Source: Thermodesulfobacteriota bacterium | GTDB lineage: Bacteria > Desulfobacterota > Desulfobacteria > Desulfobacterales > C00003060 | Length of the DNA: 64,000 nt | Assembly: GCA_034189385.1 (NCBI GenBank) | Contig: JAXHVD010000007.1 | Coordinates: 32,001 to 96,000 of the forward strand | Reading direction: 5' to 3' | In this document: positions 49,654 to 59,228 of the stretch, one piece after another | Position numbering within the stretch: the first letter of the stretch is position 1 | Layout of the letters: the number at the start of each line of letters is the position of its first letter | The notes under the pieces: generated by a model | What the model saw: only the letters and a program-made list of their open reading frames with translations | Databases searched by the model: none | What the model was told of the DNA's origin: nothing | Program-made: the position numbers and the translations under genes

Positions 49654-50901
49654 CTATTCTGCCTGCACAGCCATCCCATCACTTGCCTTAAGCCACTTGC
49701 CAAATCCAGAGGTGAGGAGGATGACCGAGGCCACCCCAAACCCCATGATGACCGTCCCTGCCACAAACGCCAGCTCCAGATCAAACATGTCCATCATCAG
49801 GCCTGCTAGAATGGGGCCGATGAGCATGCCCAGGCTATGCCCCATGGTCAAGAGACCCATGATGGAACCCATGGAACCTGTGTGACGACCTATGATCACC
49901 GTCATAGCCATGACCGCTGGCACCGCAATCCCTCCGCCTACTCCGAACAAGACATTGGCCAGAAAGAGCCCCCAGAATCCTTTTGCGTGAATAAAGGTCC
50001 ATATTGCCCCAGCAGCCACTACCCCCCCGACCACGATCAAGACTCTCTTGTTCAAGCGATCAGCAACGAGTCCCATGGGCGTCTGAAGAAGACCGGTGGT
50101 CAGCACCCCCAGCATCACCAGGACTCCCACAGCGGAACTTGAGAGGTCAAACTCAAGGCCGGCAAGTAGGGGAAGAAAGGCCCACACAACCCCAATGCAA
50201 GTGGTGAAGGTGAGGCGGAACATGAAAAGGGCACCAACGTACCTGTTCCTTGCGAGGACCCCGTAACGAAGAGGCGGCCTGGCGAGGGCCATGGGCCTTT
50301 CCTCCTTCCTGGGGGGCAGCAAAAAGAGGCACAGAAGGCAACCGATGAGAGAGATCAGGCCCATGGCCATAAAGGAGGTCTGGATTCCGAAGACGTCTTT
50401 CACCGCCCCTCCCAGCAGTGGTCCCATACTCAGGCCTGCATAGATAGACAGGTTGAACAGACCCATGGCAAAACCTTCTTTTCCCCTGGGCGTGATTTCT
50501 CCCACATAGGCCTGGGCCACTGGCAAGATCATGGCCGAGGCAATCCCTTGGAGGAATCGAATAAGGATGAAGAGGTTGACGTTTTTTGAAAAGGCAAAGG
50601 CGATAGAAACCAGGAAATAGGCAAAGAGCCCGGTGGTGACAAAGGGCTTGCGCCCCTTGAGGTCAGACAGACGGCCAAAGAAGGGGAGAAAGGCGGTCCT
50701 TGAAAGGGAAAAGGCACCAAAGATAAAGCCAATATAGAGACCCGTTGCCCCCAGGTCATGGGCGAAAATCGGCAGCAAGGGGACGACCAAGCCCACGCCA
50801 AGGGTGACGGAAAAGACAGCCAAGAAAAGCGTGGAGAAGACTTTGATATGGTCCACACCTTGCCGCTCTCTGCGCGAAATGGAATTGAAGGGGCTTGTCA
50901 T
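49654..50901 (-). CDS. MFS transporter (DHA1-like)
   Basis: About 12 hydrophobic segments; GRLSDLKGRK motif A; RFLQG; ADRLNKR. Confidence 0.92.
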   Translation of the reverse strand: MTSPFNSISRRERQGVDHIKVFSTLFLAVFSVTLGVGLVVPLLPIFAHDLGATGLYIGFIFGAFSLSRTAFLPFFGRLSDLKGRKPFVTTGLFAYFLVSIAFAFSKNVNLFILIRFLQGIASAMILPVAQAYVGEITPRGKEGFAMGLFNLSIYAGLSMGPLLGGAVKDVFGIQTSFMAMGLISLIGCLLCLFLLPPRKEERPMALARPPLRYGVLARNRYVGALFMFRLTFTTCIGVVWAFLPLLAGLEFDLSSSAVGVLVMLGVLTTGLLQTPMGLVADRLNKRVLIVVGGVVAAGAIWTFIHAKGFWGLFLANVLFGVGGGIAVPAVMAMTVIIGRHTGSMGSIMGLLTMGHSLGMLIGPILAGLMMDMFDLELAFVAGTVIMGFGVASVILLTSGFGKWLKASDGMAVQAE

Positions 50902-51125
50902 GGCCGCGTAGCATTTCCCCTTCTTGACGGGGCCTGCGCTGCAACCAAGCTCGATGCCTGCACCTGCTTTGCCTGGGCAGATTGCCGCTCCTGTAAAGTG
51001 TTGCCCGTCTGGTTTGTCTTGGATTTTTTAATAGAATTTGGCAAGAAGTCCTGCTAAAAGGAAATACCATTCGTTCTGAGCCACGGCAACGGGAACACTA
51101 GGTTCAAGTTGGAGCAAGACTTTTC

Positions 51126-51710
51126 ATGGAAAGTCCATCACAAAGCCAATCTGCACCGGAACAGGACTGCGCCACCGAACCTGAGCCCGACCTGGCAGTT
51201 CTGTGGGCCGAGGGGAGAGCTGAGTTTTTAAATCCAGCACCCGGTCGTATCAAGAGGATGGCTCAGTGGTTCTATGATCGCTTTGTTCGCCTCCATGGCA
51301 GCCCCAAGCAGGTAGCCTGGGGGTCCGCTCTGGGCCTTTTTGTGGCCATGAGTCCGACCATGGGCTTCCAGATGGCCATCGCCATCGCCATGGCCGCCTT
51401 TTTCAGGATTAGCAAAGTGGCTGCTGCCGTTGCTGTTTGGGTGACTAATCCGGCGACAGCCCCTATCATCTACTGGTTCAACTACAAACTGGGGGCCAAG
51501 CTGCTAGGGTATCCTGTTAACGCGCAATTCCTGTCCAATCCTTGCTGGGAGACCTTCTGGCATGCTGGCACACATGCCATTGTCTCTGTTACCTTGGGGG
51601 GAGTCATTACAGGGATCGCCATCGCCCTACCAGGCTATTTCGTGATATTGACCATGGTGCGAACTGCCAGGGAAAAAGCCCGCCGGCTCAGACAAAAAGC
51701 CCGTCTATAA
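51126..51710 (+). CDS. DUF2062 family membrane protein
   Basis: SPKQVAWGSALGLF..P..G.Q; WVTNP.T..IY...Y.LG. Confidence 0.85.
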   Translation: MESPSQSQSAPEQDCATEPEPDLAVLWAEGRAEFLNPAPGRIKRMAQWFYDRFVRLHGSPKQVAWGSALGLFVAMSPTMGFQMAIAIAMAAFFRISKVAAAVAVWVTNPATAPIIYWFNYKLGAKLLGYPVNAQFLSNPCWETFWHAGTHAIVSVTLGGVITGIAIALPGYFVILTMVRTAREKARRLRQKARL

Positions 51711-51714
51711 AGGG

Positions 51715-53001
51715 CTATTCTTTTTCCCATCGGAGGAGTTCGGTCACCTCGCTAAGGGTACTCCCCGCCTTGATTTCCTCCCGGATGCGGTTTTCCTTTT
51801 CCAATACGTCCATGGCACGGTTGGCATATTCCGTGGCCATTGATTTCGGCAGGACCACCACACCGTCACCGTCTCCCAAAATCCAGTCACCGGTTTCCAC
51901 TTTTCGGTTTCCCACGATGACAGGCACACCAATCTCTCCTAACCCTTTGGGCTCCCCCGCGTTGGGCATGATCAACCTGGCAAAGGCGGCAAACTTGAGC
52001 TCCGTGATGTCAGGGGTGTCCCTGATGGCCCCATCTATGACCACCCCTGCGAGGCCCCTCTGGATGGCCGAATGGGTAGCCAATTCTCCCCAGATGGCTG
52101 GCCCTACACCGCCGGAGTCAATGGCCAGAACATCGCCCTCTTCGGCAACATCAATGGCTTCCACCGGTTTGGCCCAGTCTCCCGGATAGGTCCTTACCGT
52201 TAGGGCCCGGCCCACGAGTCTGATCTCTGGAAAGAGAGGCCGCAGGCCCTCCATGACGCCGCCTCGATGCAAGGCATCTGATAGGTTGGCTGCGGAGACC
52301 ATCTGTAGAATGCCTCGGATCTCTGGCTCAGATCCTCTTTTGAAGAGCTTGGTGGGGATGGCGACCATCTTTTCCATGGCCGCCTTGATGGTGTTGGCTG
52401 CATCCTTGGGATCAACGGCCTTTGTGATGGCTCCGCCCACGATGACGACCGATGCCCCTGCCTCTAGGGCGAGAGAGGCTGTTTCGGAATTGATTCCCCC
52501 AGCTACCCCTACAGGGAGGGAAACATTCTCCACAACACGGCGCAAGGTTTCAAAGGGGTCTTTTCCTTCCATTTGTTCGTCTATGGAACAATGGACGGTA
52601 ACATAGTCTGCGCCAAACCTCTCGACCTCCTTGGCCCGCGATACAGGGTCTTTGACAGCAATAAGGTCCACCACGATCCTGGCCCCGTAATTCTTGCCCG
52701 CCTGTATGCATTCGCGGATCGTAGGATCACTTGCTGCCCCTAGGACATCGACAATATTGGCTCCGGCTTTGGCGGCTGCTTCAACTTCCACTCGGCCAGC
52801 ATCCATGATTTTCATATCGGCCATAATGGTTGCCCGCGGAAAGCGTCTCCTGAGTTCCCGCACCGCTTCAACCCCTTCACTCTTTATCAGGGGCGTTCCG
52901 GCCTCAAGCCAGTCCACCCCGCCCGCAACAGCGGCCTCAGCATTTTTTACGGCCCGCTTGAGATCCACAAAATCAAGGGCCAATTGCAGCACCGGTTTCA
53001 T
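51715..53001 (-). CDS. hxlA: 3-hexulose-6-phosphate synthase fused to an RraA/MenG-like domain
   Basis: LQLALD, LEAGTPLIKSEG, ADMKIMDAG..E, VAGGI, IVGGAI; C-terminal NLSDA..GRALTV..WGEL..VIDGAIRD..GD.DGVVV. Confidence 0.92.
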   Translation of the reverse strand: MKPVLQLALDFVDLKRAVKNAEAAVAGGVDWLEAGTPLIKSEGVEAVRELRRRFPRATIMADMKIMDAGRVEVEAAAKAGANIVDVLGAASDPTIRECIQAGKNYGARIVVDLIAVKDPVSRAKEVERFGADYVTVHCSIDEQMEGKDPFETLRRVVENVSLPVGVAGGINSETASLALEAGASVVIVGGAITKAVDPKDAANTIKAAMEKMVAIPTKLFKRGSEPEIRGILQMVSAANLSDALHRGGVMEGLRPLFPEIRLVGRALTVRTYPGDWAKPVEAIDVAEEGDVLAIDSGGVGPAIWGELATHSAIQRGLAGVVIDGAIRDTPDITELKFAAFARLIMPNAGEPKGLGEIGVPVIVGNRKVETGDWILGDGDGVVVLPKSMATEYANRAMDVLEKENRIREEIKAGSTLSEVTELLRWEKE

Positions 53002-53039
53002 CTTTGCACCTTCACAACCATAGATTCTGAGCCAACATC

Positions 53040-53597
53040 TCACTCCAAGTTGGCATGCTGGTCCAATAGGGGCCTAGGGTCACTGCCCTGCCTCTGGTAT
53101 AGCCCCAACACAATCGTCTCCAACAACACAAAGGCCGCTTGCTCAAAAAGAGACCCAGGGGGTTGTATCGATTTGAAATTTTTAGGATAATCCCTCTTTG
53201 ATCCCCCTGGAAGGAAGAGCCTGTAGTCCACCGCTCTTCCAATAGGGGAGTTTTCTACACCGACAACGCCGTAGGTTGAGGCCCCATTGCCGGAGGCCAA
53301 TCTAACCCACTGATAGGTCCATATCGTCTCGCCCGAACCGGAGCAAACAACGAGGACGTCTTCCTTCGTGATCCCCGGAGTGATGGTCTCGCCTACAAAG
53401 AAGGCCCCATATCCCAGATGCATGAGACGCATGCAGAAACAGCGCAGGACATATCCTGACCTTCCGTGGGCCGCGCAGAAGATCCTCTCTGCCCGGTCAA
53501 GCCCTTGTACAAAACGCCCAACCGATTCTTCTGACACCCCGACAAGGGTGGCTTCAGTTTCCTTTGTGACGGCCTCAATAAGACCTTTTATGTCCAT
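53040..53597 (-). CDS. hxlB: 6-phospho-3-hexuloisomerase (SIS domain)
   Basis: GRSG, MRLMHLG, VGETITP, SGSGET, GSLFEQ, HANLE C-terminus. Confidence 0.92.
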   Translation of the reverse strand: MDIKGLIEAVTKETEATLVGVSEESVGRFVQGLDRAERIFCAAHGRSGYVLRCFCMRLMHLGYGAFFVGETITPGITKEDVLVVCSGSGETIWTYQWVRLASGNGASTYGVVGVENSPIGRAVDYRLFLPGGSKRDYPKNFKSIQPPGSLFEQAAFVLLETIVLGLYQRQGSDPRPLLDQHANLE

Positions 53598-53616
53598 GTT
53601 TTTTCACATGATGCCC

Positions 53617-53783
53617 TTGAACCGAATAAGCGAGTGCAGCCCCCGTAGGTTCTGCCTTGCGGCAGTGCTCTGCGTGCTGCGTGCTTAGCGAGCGTATAGT
53701 TAAAAAGATTACAACCTTACGGTGAACATTCCCCGTGGGTTCTGCCTGACGGCAGTGCTTCGCAGGCCACGGGGAGGGTTCAA
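53617..53783. repeat. Dispersed REP/MITE-like element, copy 2
   Basis: Ends TTGAACC..GGTTCAA; the CCCCGT.GGTTCTGCCT...GCAGTGCT unit occurs twice; homologous to 32899-33041. Confidence 0.85.
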
Positions 53784-54017
53784 TTCAGAACCACGCCCCT
53801 TTAGCTCATATTCCCAGATGCAACCCCCAAGGGACTGAACCCAGCCGGTGACAAGTGCCAGATCGTTGCCGAGCATCACCTAAAGGGTCAAGGATTCGCC
53901 ATGACAGAGGTGTTCATTCCAGAATGAAGCAGGCATTTTGAGATTCTATTTCTTAAAAGACTATAGGAAAGTGGCCCAGGAGTCAATCGTATAGGGGGGG
54001 CACCAAGAAACTTGGCC

Positions 54018-54046
54018 TTGACTTTTTGTTGACATGTCTGTATTTT
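54018..54046 (+). promoter_or_regulatory. Putative sigma70 promoter for the thrS operon
   Basis: TTGACT-17 nt-TATTTT upstream of thrS. Confidence 0.45.
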
Positions 54047-54224
54047 GCTCGCACTCTTTAAGGGGCCGAAACGTTTTGGGGGCCTTGAGGTGGAAGAAGA
54101 GATTAAGGAGGAGCAGTTTAGGCTATGTTCTAATGATCGGAATACATGAAGGCATCTGGAAAGGGGTCCCTTCAGATGCCTTTTCTGCTTTCTTAGATCG
54201 TGGCTGCTGTCTGAGCAAGGGGCT

Positions 54225-56096
54225 ATGCGGATTCTTCTTATACATGCAGACAGATTTTCATTTCGGGTAACAGGTGAGACTTCTGTGGCGTTGCCGACGG
54301 AACTCGATAAGGCAAAATCGGAGGACGAAGTCGGTGAAGCCCTGGTGGTTTTTGTGGCTGCTGAAAAGGGCGATGAGACCAATATCGGTTCCGTCGTCGA
54401 CCAAGTCACAGAAGAGGTCTTTGGTCTAGCCTCACAGGTGGGCATAGAGACCCTGGTGATCTATCCCTATGCCCATCTTTCGAGTGCACTCAGCTCCCCC
54501 AGGGTGGCTGTGAAGCTCTTGGATGCCATCTGCGGGCGCATTGAGGGCCAGGATTCCTTCAAGGTGGTACGTGCCCCCTTTGGCTACTACAAAGCCTTTG
54601 AAATCTCGTGCAAGGGCCACCCATTGTCTGAGTTGGCAAAGACCATTACACCAGCCGGCCGCGCTGAGAAGCCATCTGGAGAGGGAGAGTCTCAAGCCAT
54701 TGTGGCAGAGAAGAGCCTTGAATCTGAATGGCGTGTCATGACCCCCGGTGGGGACCAAGTACCTGCAGAGGATTTTTCTTTTGCCAAGCGGCAGAATCTG
54801 GAGCGGCTGTTCAGGTACGAGAAATCTGGAACGCGCACCTCTGACCGGGTCCCCCCCCACATCGAGTTGATGCGCCGAATGGAACTGGTGGACTATGAGC
54901 CCGGCTCTGACCAGGGCAATTTCCGCTGGTATCCAAAAGGGCAGTTGATGAAGCGCCTGGCCGAGACGTATGTGTCTAATCTGGTCAGAGAGCTTGGGGG
55001 CATGCAGGTAGAAACGCCGATTATGTATGATTATCAGCACCCAAAACTCAACCTCTACCTTCAGCGGTTTCCGGCGCGACAGTACGTCCTCCTTTCAGGC
55101 GAAAAGGAGTATTTTCTACGCTTTGCGGCGTGCTTCGGACAGTATCTGATTCAGCACGATATGCAGATTTCTCACCATCACCTACCCAGCAAGCTTTATG
55201 AGTTGACCCATTATTCTTTCAGGAGGGAGCAGTCCGGGGAGCTGGCTGGGCTAAAACGTTTGCGCACGTTCACCATGCCAGACCTCCACACCTTGGCCAG
55301 GGACATGGAGCAGGCCAAGGAAGAATTTGCCCGTCAGGTGGATTCGGCCATTAAGTGCATGGAAGGCTTTGGCCTTGAATTCGAGGTGGCCATCAGGTGT
55401 GTTTCCGATTTTGGTGAACAGCACAGGTCTTTTCTGGAAGCAATTGTCTCACGATGTGAAAGGCCCGCCTTGATGGAGCTGTGGAATGAGCGCTTTTTCT
55501 ATTTTGTGACAAAACTCGAGTTCAATTTCATCGACGCCTTAGACAAGGCCGCTTGTCTGGCAACCGTGCAAATAGACGTTGAAAATCCACAGAGATTTGA
55601 CATAACCTATATTGATCATCAGGGTGAGAAACAGTATCCTCTGCTTCTACATGCTTCCATATCCGGGTCTATCGACAGGGTCCTTTATGCCATTTTGGAG
55701 ACCCAGGCGATGCGCATGAAGAGAGGACAAAAGGCCTCCTTTCCCTTTTGGCTGGCCCCAGTGCAGCTGCGCATCATTCCGGTCTCGGAGAAATTCGATG
55801 AGCCTTGCAGGAAAATATTGCCAGAGATTCCCTATCGCGTTGATTATGACGACCGCGATATCACCATGGGACGAAAAATAAGGGAGGCAGAGAAGGAATG
55901 GGTTCCCTATATCGTCGTCATAGGGGCAAAGGAAGTAGTTGAAGGGTGTATGAGTGTTCGAACCAGAGATGGTGTGCAGCGAAAGATGACCGTGTCTGAG
56001 CTCTTGGCTGAGATGGAACCCCAGCTGGAGGGAAAGCCATTCATGGGCCTTCCTTTGCCGCAAGAGCTTTCCAGGCGTCCCATATTTGTCGGTTAG
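54225..56096 (+). CDS. thrS: Threonine--tRNA ligase, archaeal type
   Basis: Archaeal editing domain (MRILLIH, YPYAHLS, RAPFGYYKAF.ISCKGHPLSEL); FLRFAACFGQ; SFRREQSGEL..RLR.FTMPD.H; LH.S.SGSIDR; anticodon-binding domain; first gene of the infC operon. Confidence 0.95.
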   Translation: MRILLIHADRFSFRVTGETSVALPTELDKAKSEDEVGEALVVFVAAEKGDETNIGSVVDQVTEEVFGLASQVGIETLVIYPYAHLSSALSSPRVAVKLLDAICGRIEGQDSFKVVRAPFGYYKAFEISCKGHPLSELAKTITPAGRAEKPSGEGESQAIVAEKSLESEWRVMTPGGDQVPAEDFSFAKRQNLERLFRYEKSGTRTSDRVPPHIELMRRMELVDYEPGSDQGNFRWYPKGQLMKRLAETYVSNLVRELGGMQVETPIMYDYQHPKLNLYLQRFPARQYVLLSGEKEYFLRFAACFGQYLIQHDMQISHHHLPSKLYELTHYSFRREQSGELAGLKRLRTFTMPDLHTLARDMEQAKEEFARQVDSAIKCMEGFGLEFEVAIRCVSDFGEQHRSFLEAIVSRCERPALMELWNERFFYFVTKLEFNFIDALDKAACLATVQIDVENPQRFDITYIDHQGEKQYPLLLHASISGSIDRVLYAILETQAMRMKRGQKASFPFWLAPVQLRIIPVSEKFDEPCRKILPEIPYRVDYDDRDITMGRKIREAEKEWVPYIVVIGAKEVVEGCMSVRTRDGVQRKMTVSELLAEMEPQLEGKPFMGLPLPQELSRRPIFVG

Positions 56097-56234
56097 GGTG
56101 GCAAAAAGGGTTGTCTGAACCTCTGGTTTTGTAGTAATGGCTTCTAGGCAATGGCATTCCATTGACGGCTGCCATCGACAGGTGACAGAAACGATTCACA
56201 AATAGCGATTCACGCATTCAAGGAGGTGAAGGGT

Positions 56235-56741
56235 ATAGCCAAGCGCATTAATGTAAACCGAAGGATTCGGGCCAGAGAGGTACGGTTGATAGACGCTGAC
56301 GGTAAGCAACTGGGGGTTGTGCCACTGAGGCAGGCCTTGGAAACAGCAGAAGAGCGCGGACTTGACCTTGTTGAGGTTGCCCCTCATGTTAGCCCGCCGG
56401 TCTGTCGGGTCATGGATTATGGACGATACAAGTACCAACAAAGCAAGAAGCTCCAAGAGGCCAAGAAACGGCAGTCAGGTTATCAAATCAAGGAGATAAA
56501 GATCCGTCCCCTGACCGGGGAGCATGACGTACAGGTCAAGCTGCGCCATATAAGACGGTTCTTGGACCATCGGGACAAGGTGAAGGTTTCTCTTATGTTC
56601 AGGGGAAGGGAAATAGCCTACACTGAGCTTGGGACGGCCATTCTTAAACGAGTGGCTGAGGAAACGGCGGACATCGCCAATGTAGAACAGGAAATGAGAA
56701 GGGAAGGTCGCCACATTTTCATGGTTCTTGCCCCGAAATAA
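56235..56741 (+). CDS. infC: Translation initiation factor IF-3 (ATA start)
   Basis: EVRLI..G.QLG, LDLVEV, PPVCRVMDYG, KEIK, KVKV..FRGRE; AGGAGG 8 nt before an in-frame ATA. Confidence 0.95.
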   Translation: MAKRINVNRRIRAREVRLIDADGKQLGVVPLRQALETAEERGLDLVEVAPHVSPPVCRVMDYGRYKYQQSKKLQEAKKRQSGYQIKEIKIRPLTGEHDVQVKLRHIRRFLDHRDKVKVSLMFRGREIAYTELGTAILKRVAEETADIANVEQEMRREGRHIFMVLAPK

Positions 56742-56926
56742 CTCCCAGCAACCCTTCTTCTGATTCCAATAAGCAACGCAAATCATGGCAGAAGTTTGTT
56801 CAGCCCGGTTCGAGGCGGTGAGGGTCATGATGACATTCTGAGGGCCTATGCACCAAAGGCATCTCAGTACAAGCCCAAGCGTGTGAGACGCAAGGGCTAT
56901 ATTCTAGATAGCAGAGGAGAGGTACC

Positions 56927-57124
56927 ATGCCAAAGATGAAGACAAACCGAGGGGCGGCCAAACGCTTCAAGACCACGGGGACGGGGAAAGTAGTCTATGC
57001 AAAGTCCCACGCAAACCACATTTTGACAAAGAAAACCAGGAAGAGGAAGCGGGCACTTCGAAAGTCCAATATCGTTGACAAGACCAATAAGGCCGCATTA
57101 AAACGCCTGATTCCATACGCATAA
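56927..57124 (+). CDS. rpmI: 50S ribosomal protein L35
   Basis: [21 protein letters not shown]. Confidence 0.98.
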   Translation: MPKMKTNRGAAKRFKTTGTGKVVYAKSHANHILTKKTRKRKRALRKSNIVDKTNKAALKRLIPYA

Positions 57125-57269
57125 TATGAAAAACACTGGTCGGAGGCTGGAGGGTTCTGAAGGCCTCTAAGGCAGTCACAGGGTGCACGACAGGAACTGC
57201 GACCAGGGATACAGGCCAGATGCATTGACCATTTACAAAAGAGAGATGACCAGATAGGGAGGATCACTC

Positions 57270-57623
57270 ATGCGAGTCAAACGAGGATTTAAGGCAAGGC
57301 GGAGGCGGAAGAAGATATTGAAGCTGGCCAAGTCTTACCGAGGCGGCCGGAGTAAGCTTTATCGTACGGCAGCCGACGCAGTGGACAAGGCCCTGCAGTA
57401 TGCTTACAGGGATCGAAGGGCTCGGAAGCGAGATTTCAGGAGGCTTTGGATCGCCAGGATCAATGCAGGGGCGCGACTCAACAACCTGTCGTACAGTCGG
57501 CTCATCAGTGGATTGAAGCGGGCACATATAGAAATCGATAGAAAGATACTTGCCGAACTGGCTGTTTCAGATCCGAAGGCATTTTCTGAACTGGCCACTA
57601 TTGCTGTTGGCCCAGGCGCTTGA
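57270..57623 (+). CDS. rplT: 50S ribosomal protein L20
   Basis: [36 protein letters not shown]. Confidence 0.98.
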   Translation: MRVKRGFKARRRRKKILKLAKSYRGGRSKLYRTAADAVDKALQYAYRDRRARKRDFRRLWIARINAGARLNNLSYSRLISGLKRAHIEIDRKILAELAVSDPKAFSELATIAVGPGA

Positions 57624-57671
57624 GTCTGGACGATAAATAGGCTCCATTATTTAGGCTATCGAGATTCTACT

Positions 57672-58679
57672 GTGAAGAAAAGACTCCAAGAATTGGAACA
57701 AGAAGCCTTGAAGGCCCTGAAGGCAGCCAATGACGTGGAAGGGCTAAAGGCATTACGGATTCAGTACCTGGGGCGCAAGGGGGCTGTGACCCAGTGTCTG
57801 CGCAAAATGTCCACTCTGCCGTCTGAAGAGAGGCCTGTCGTTGGGCAACTTGCCAATGAGGTGAAGGCAAGGCTTGAGGCGGTCTTCGAGCAATCCCTGA
57901 AAGGCCTGGAGGCAGAGCATGAAAGGCCTGAGGGGGCATTGGATGTGACGTTGCCTGGACGGCCTGCCGCTCGCGGGCGGCTCCATCCCATTACGCAAGT
58001 CACAGAGGCGATCTCCGGGATTTTCAGGGGGCTGGGTTTTGAGGTCGTGGAAGGTCCTGATGTGGAACTGGACTACTACAATTTTGAGGCCCTCAACATT
58101 CCAAAGGATCACCCCGCCCGCGACATGCAAGACACCTTTTATATCTCAGACAATATCGTATTGAGGACACACACCTCCCCGATCCAGGTTCGCGTCATGG
58201 AAAGGCAGCCGCCCCCCGTGCGGATCATTGCCCCTGGCAAGGCCTACCGCGTTGATTCGGATGTTTCACATACGCCCATGTTTCAACAGGTTGAGGGATT
58301 GATGGTGGACGAGAACATATCGTTGGGCAACCTCAAGGGGATTCTCACCACTTTTGTCCATCAGATGTTTGATGAGGAAACCAGCCTGCGCTTTCGTCCC
58401 AGCTTCTTCCCCTTCACGGAGCCGAGTGCCGAGATTGACATACGCTGTGTCATTTGTCGAGGAAAGGGCTGTCGGCTATGTTCCCATACCGGCTGGCTCG
58501 AGGTCCTAGGCGCCGGCATGGTGCACCCCGCTGTCTTTGAAATGGTAGGCTATGATACGGAGCGGTACACGGGCTTTGCCTTTGGAATGGGCATTGAACG
58601 CATCGCTATGCTCAAGTACGGCATTGAGGATATCAGGAAATTCTACGAAAATGATATGAGGTTCCTTGAACAGTTTTAG
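57672..58679 (+). CDS. pheS: Phenylalanine--tRNA ligase alpha subunit
   Basis: HPARDMQDTFY, LRTHTSP, FRPSFFPFTEPS, CVIC..GC..C, GFAFGMGIER. Confidence 0.98.
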   Translation: MKKRLQELEQEALKALKAANDVEGLKALRIQYLGRKGAVTQCLRKMSTLPSEERPVVGQLANEVKARLEAVFEQSLKGLEAEHERPEGALDVTLPGRPAARGRLHPITQVTEAISGIFRGLGFEVVEGPDVELDYYNFEALNIPKDHPARDMQDTFYISDNIVLRTHTSPIQVRVMERQPPPVRIIAPGKAYRVDSDVSHTPMFQQVEGLMVDENISLGNLKGILTTFVHQMFDEETSLRFRPSFFPFTEPSAEIDIRCVICRGKGCRLCSHTGWLEVLGAGMVHPAVFEMVGYDTERYTGFAFGMGIERIAMLKYGIEDIRKFYENDMRFLEQF

Positions 58680-58740
58680 TTAGTGTCCATCCAGGAACGC
58701 CCTCCTCCAGACAATCTCAACGCTTCCTTTTGTGTATTTC

Positions 58741-58815
58741 TGAACCGAATAAGCGAGCGCATTCTCCACAGGAGAGCTACCGCAGGCCCCGCGGCTTTCC
58801 ACAGGGAGGGTTCAA
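58741..58815. repeat. Dispersed REP/MITE-like element, short copy 3
   Basis: TGAACCGAATAAGCGAGCGCATT..GGGAGGGTTCAA ends match copies 1 and 2; the interior is deleted. Confidence 0.75.
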
Positions 58816-59041
58816 TATTTTTCTCCAATTTGGTTGGGGAAAGGGCTTCAAATCCTCAGGGTCACCCCAACTCTTTTGGAGATGATCCAGAAATGCTCAC
58901 TGTTTGATCTGCCGCGGCAGAGAGGTTTACCATTTTAGCTGACCGTCTCAGGGGCGCCTAAAATGGTCAAGGCGTGAGCAAACTTGACTTTTTACGAATC
59001 CATCAATGGTTGGGCTTTAGAAAAGTGGACATGGTGAGGAA

Positions 59042-59069
59042 GGGGCAACCAGGGGGGGCTGGTTGCCCC
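59042..59069 (-). terminator. Strong hairpin downstream of the small minus-strand ORFs
   Basis: GGGGCAACCAG/CTGGTTGCCCC 11-bp perfect stem; no long U tract. Confidence 0.5.
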
Positions 59070-59087
59070 AGTTGAGAGAGGAGGTAA

Positions 59088-59228
59088 TCAGGGGTACATG
59101 CGGACGTAAAGCCTTGACTTTTCCCAGAAGGACATGATGCGCCGGGCGTATTTCTTCGGTAGAATCCTCACGAGCCGACAATACAGGTGCAGGGCATTGA
59201 GGTGGTGATGTAAGAAGTTTCTCACCAT
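59088..59228 (-). CDS. Small basic protein, 46 aa (MVRNFLHHHLNALHLYCRL...)
   Basis: AGAGGA RBS; start overlaps the end of the upstream ORF; below the ORF-track length cut-off. Confidence 0.6.
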   Translation of the reverse strand: MVRNFLHHHLNALHLYCRLVRILPKKYARRIMSFWEKSRLYVRMYP

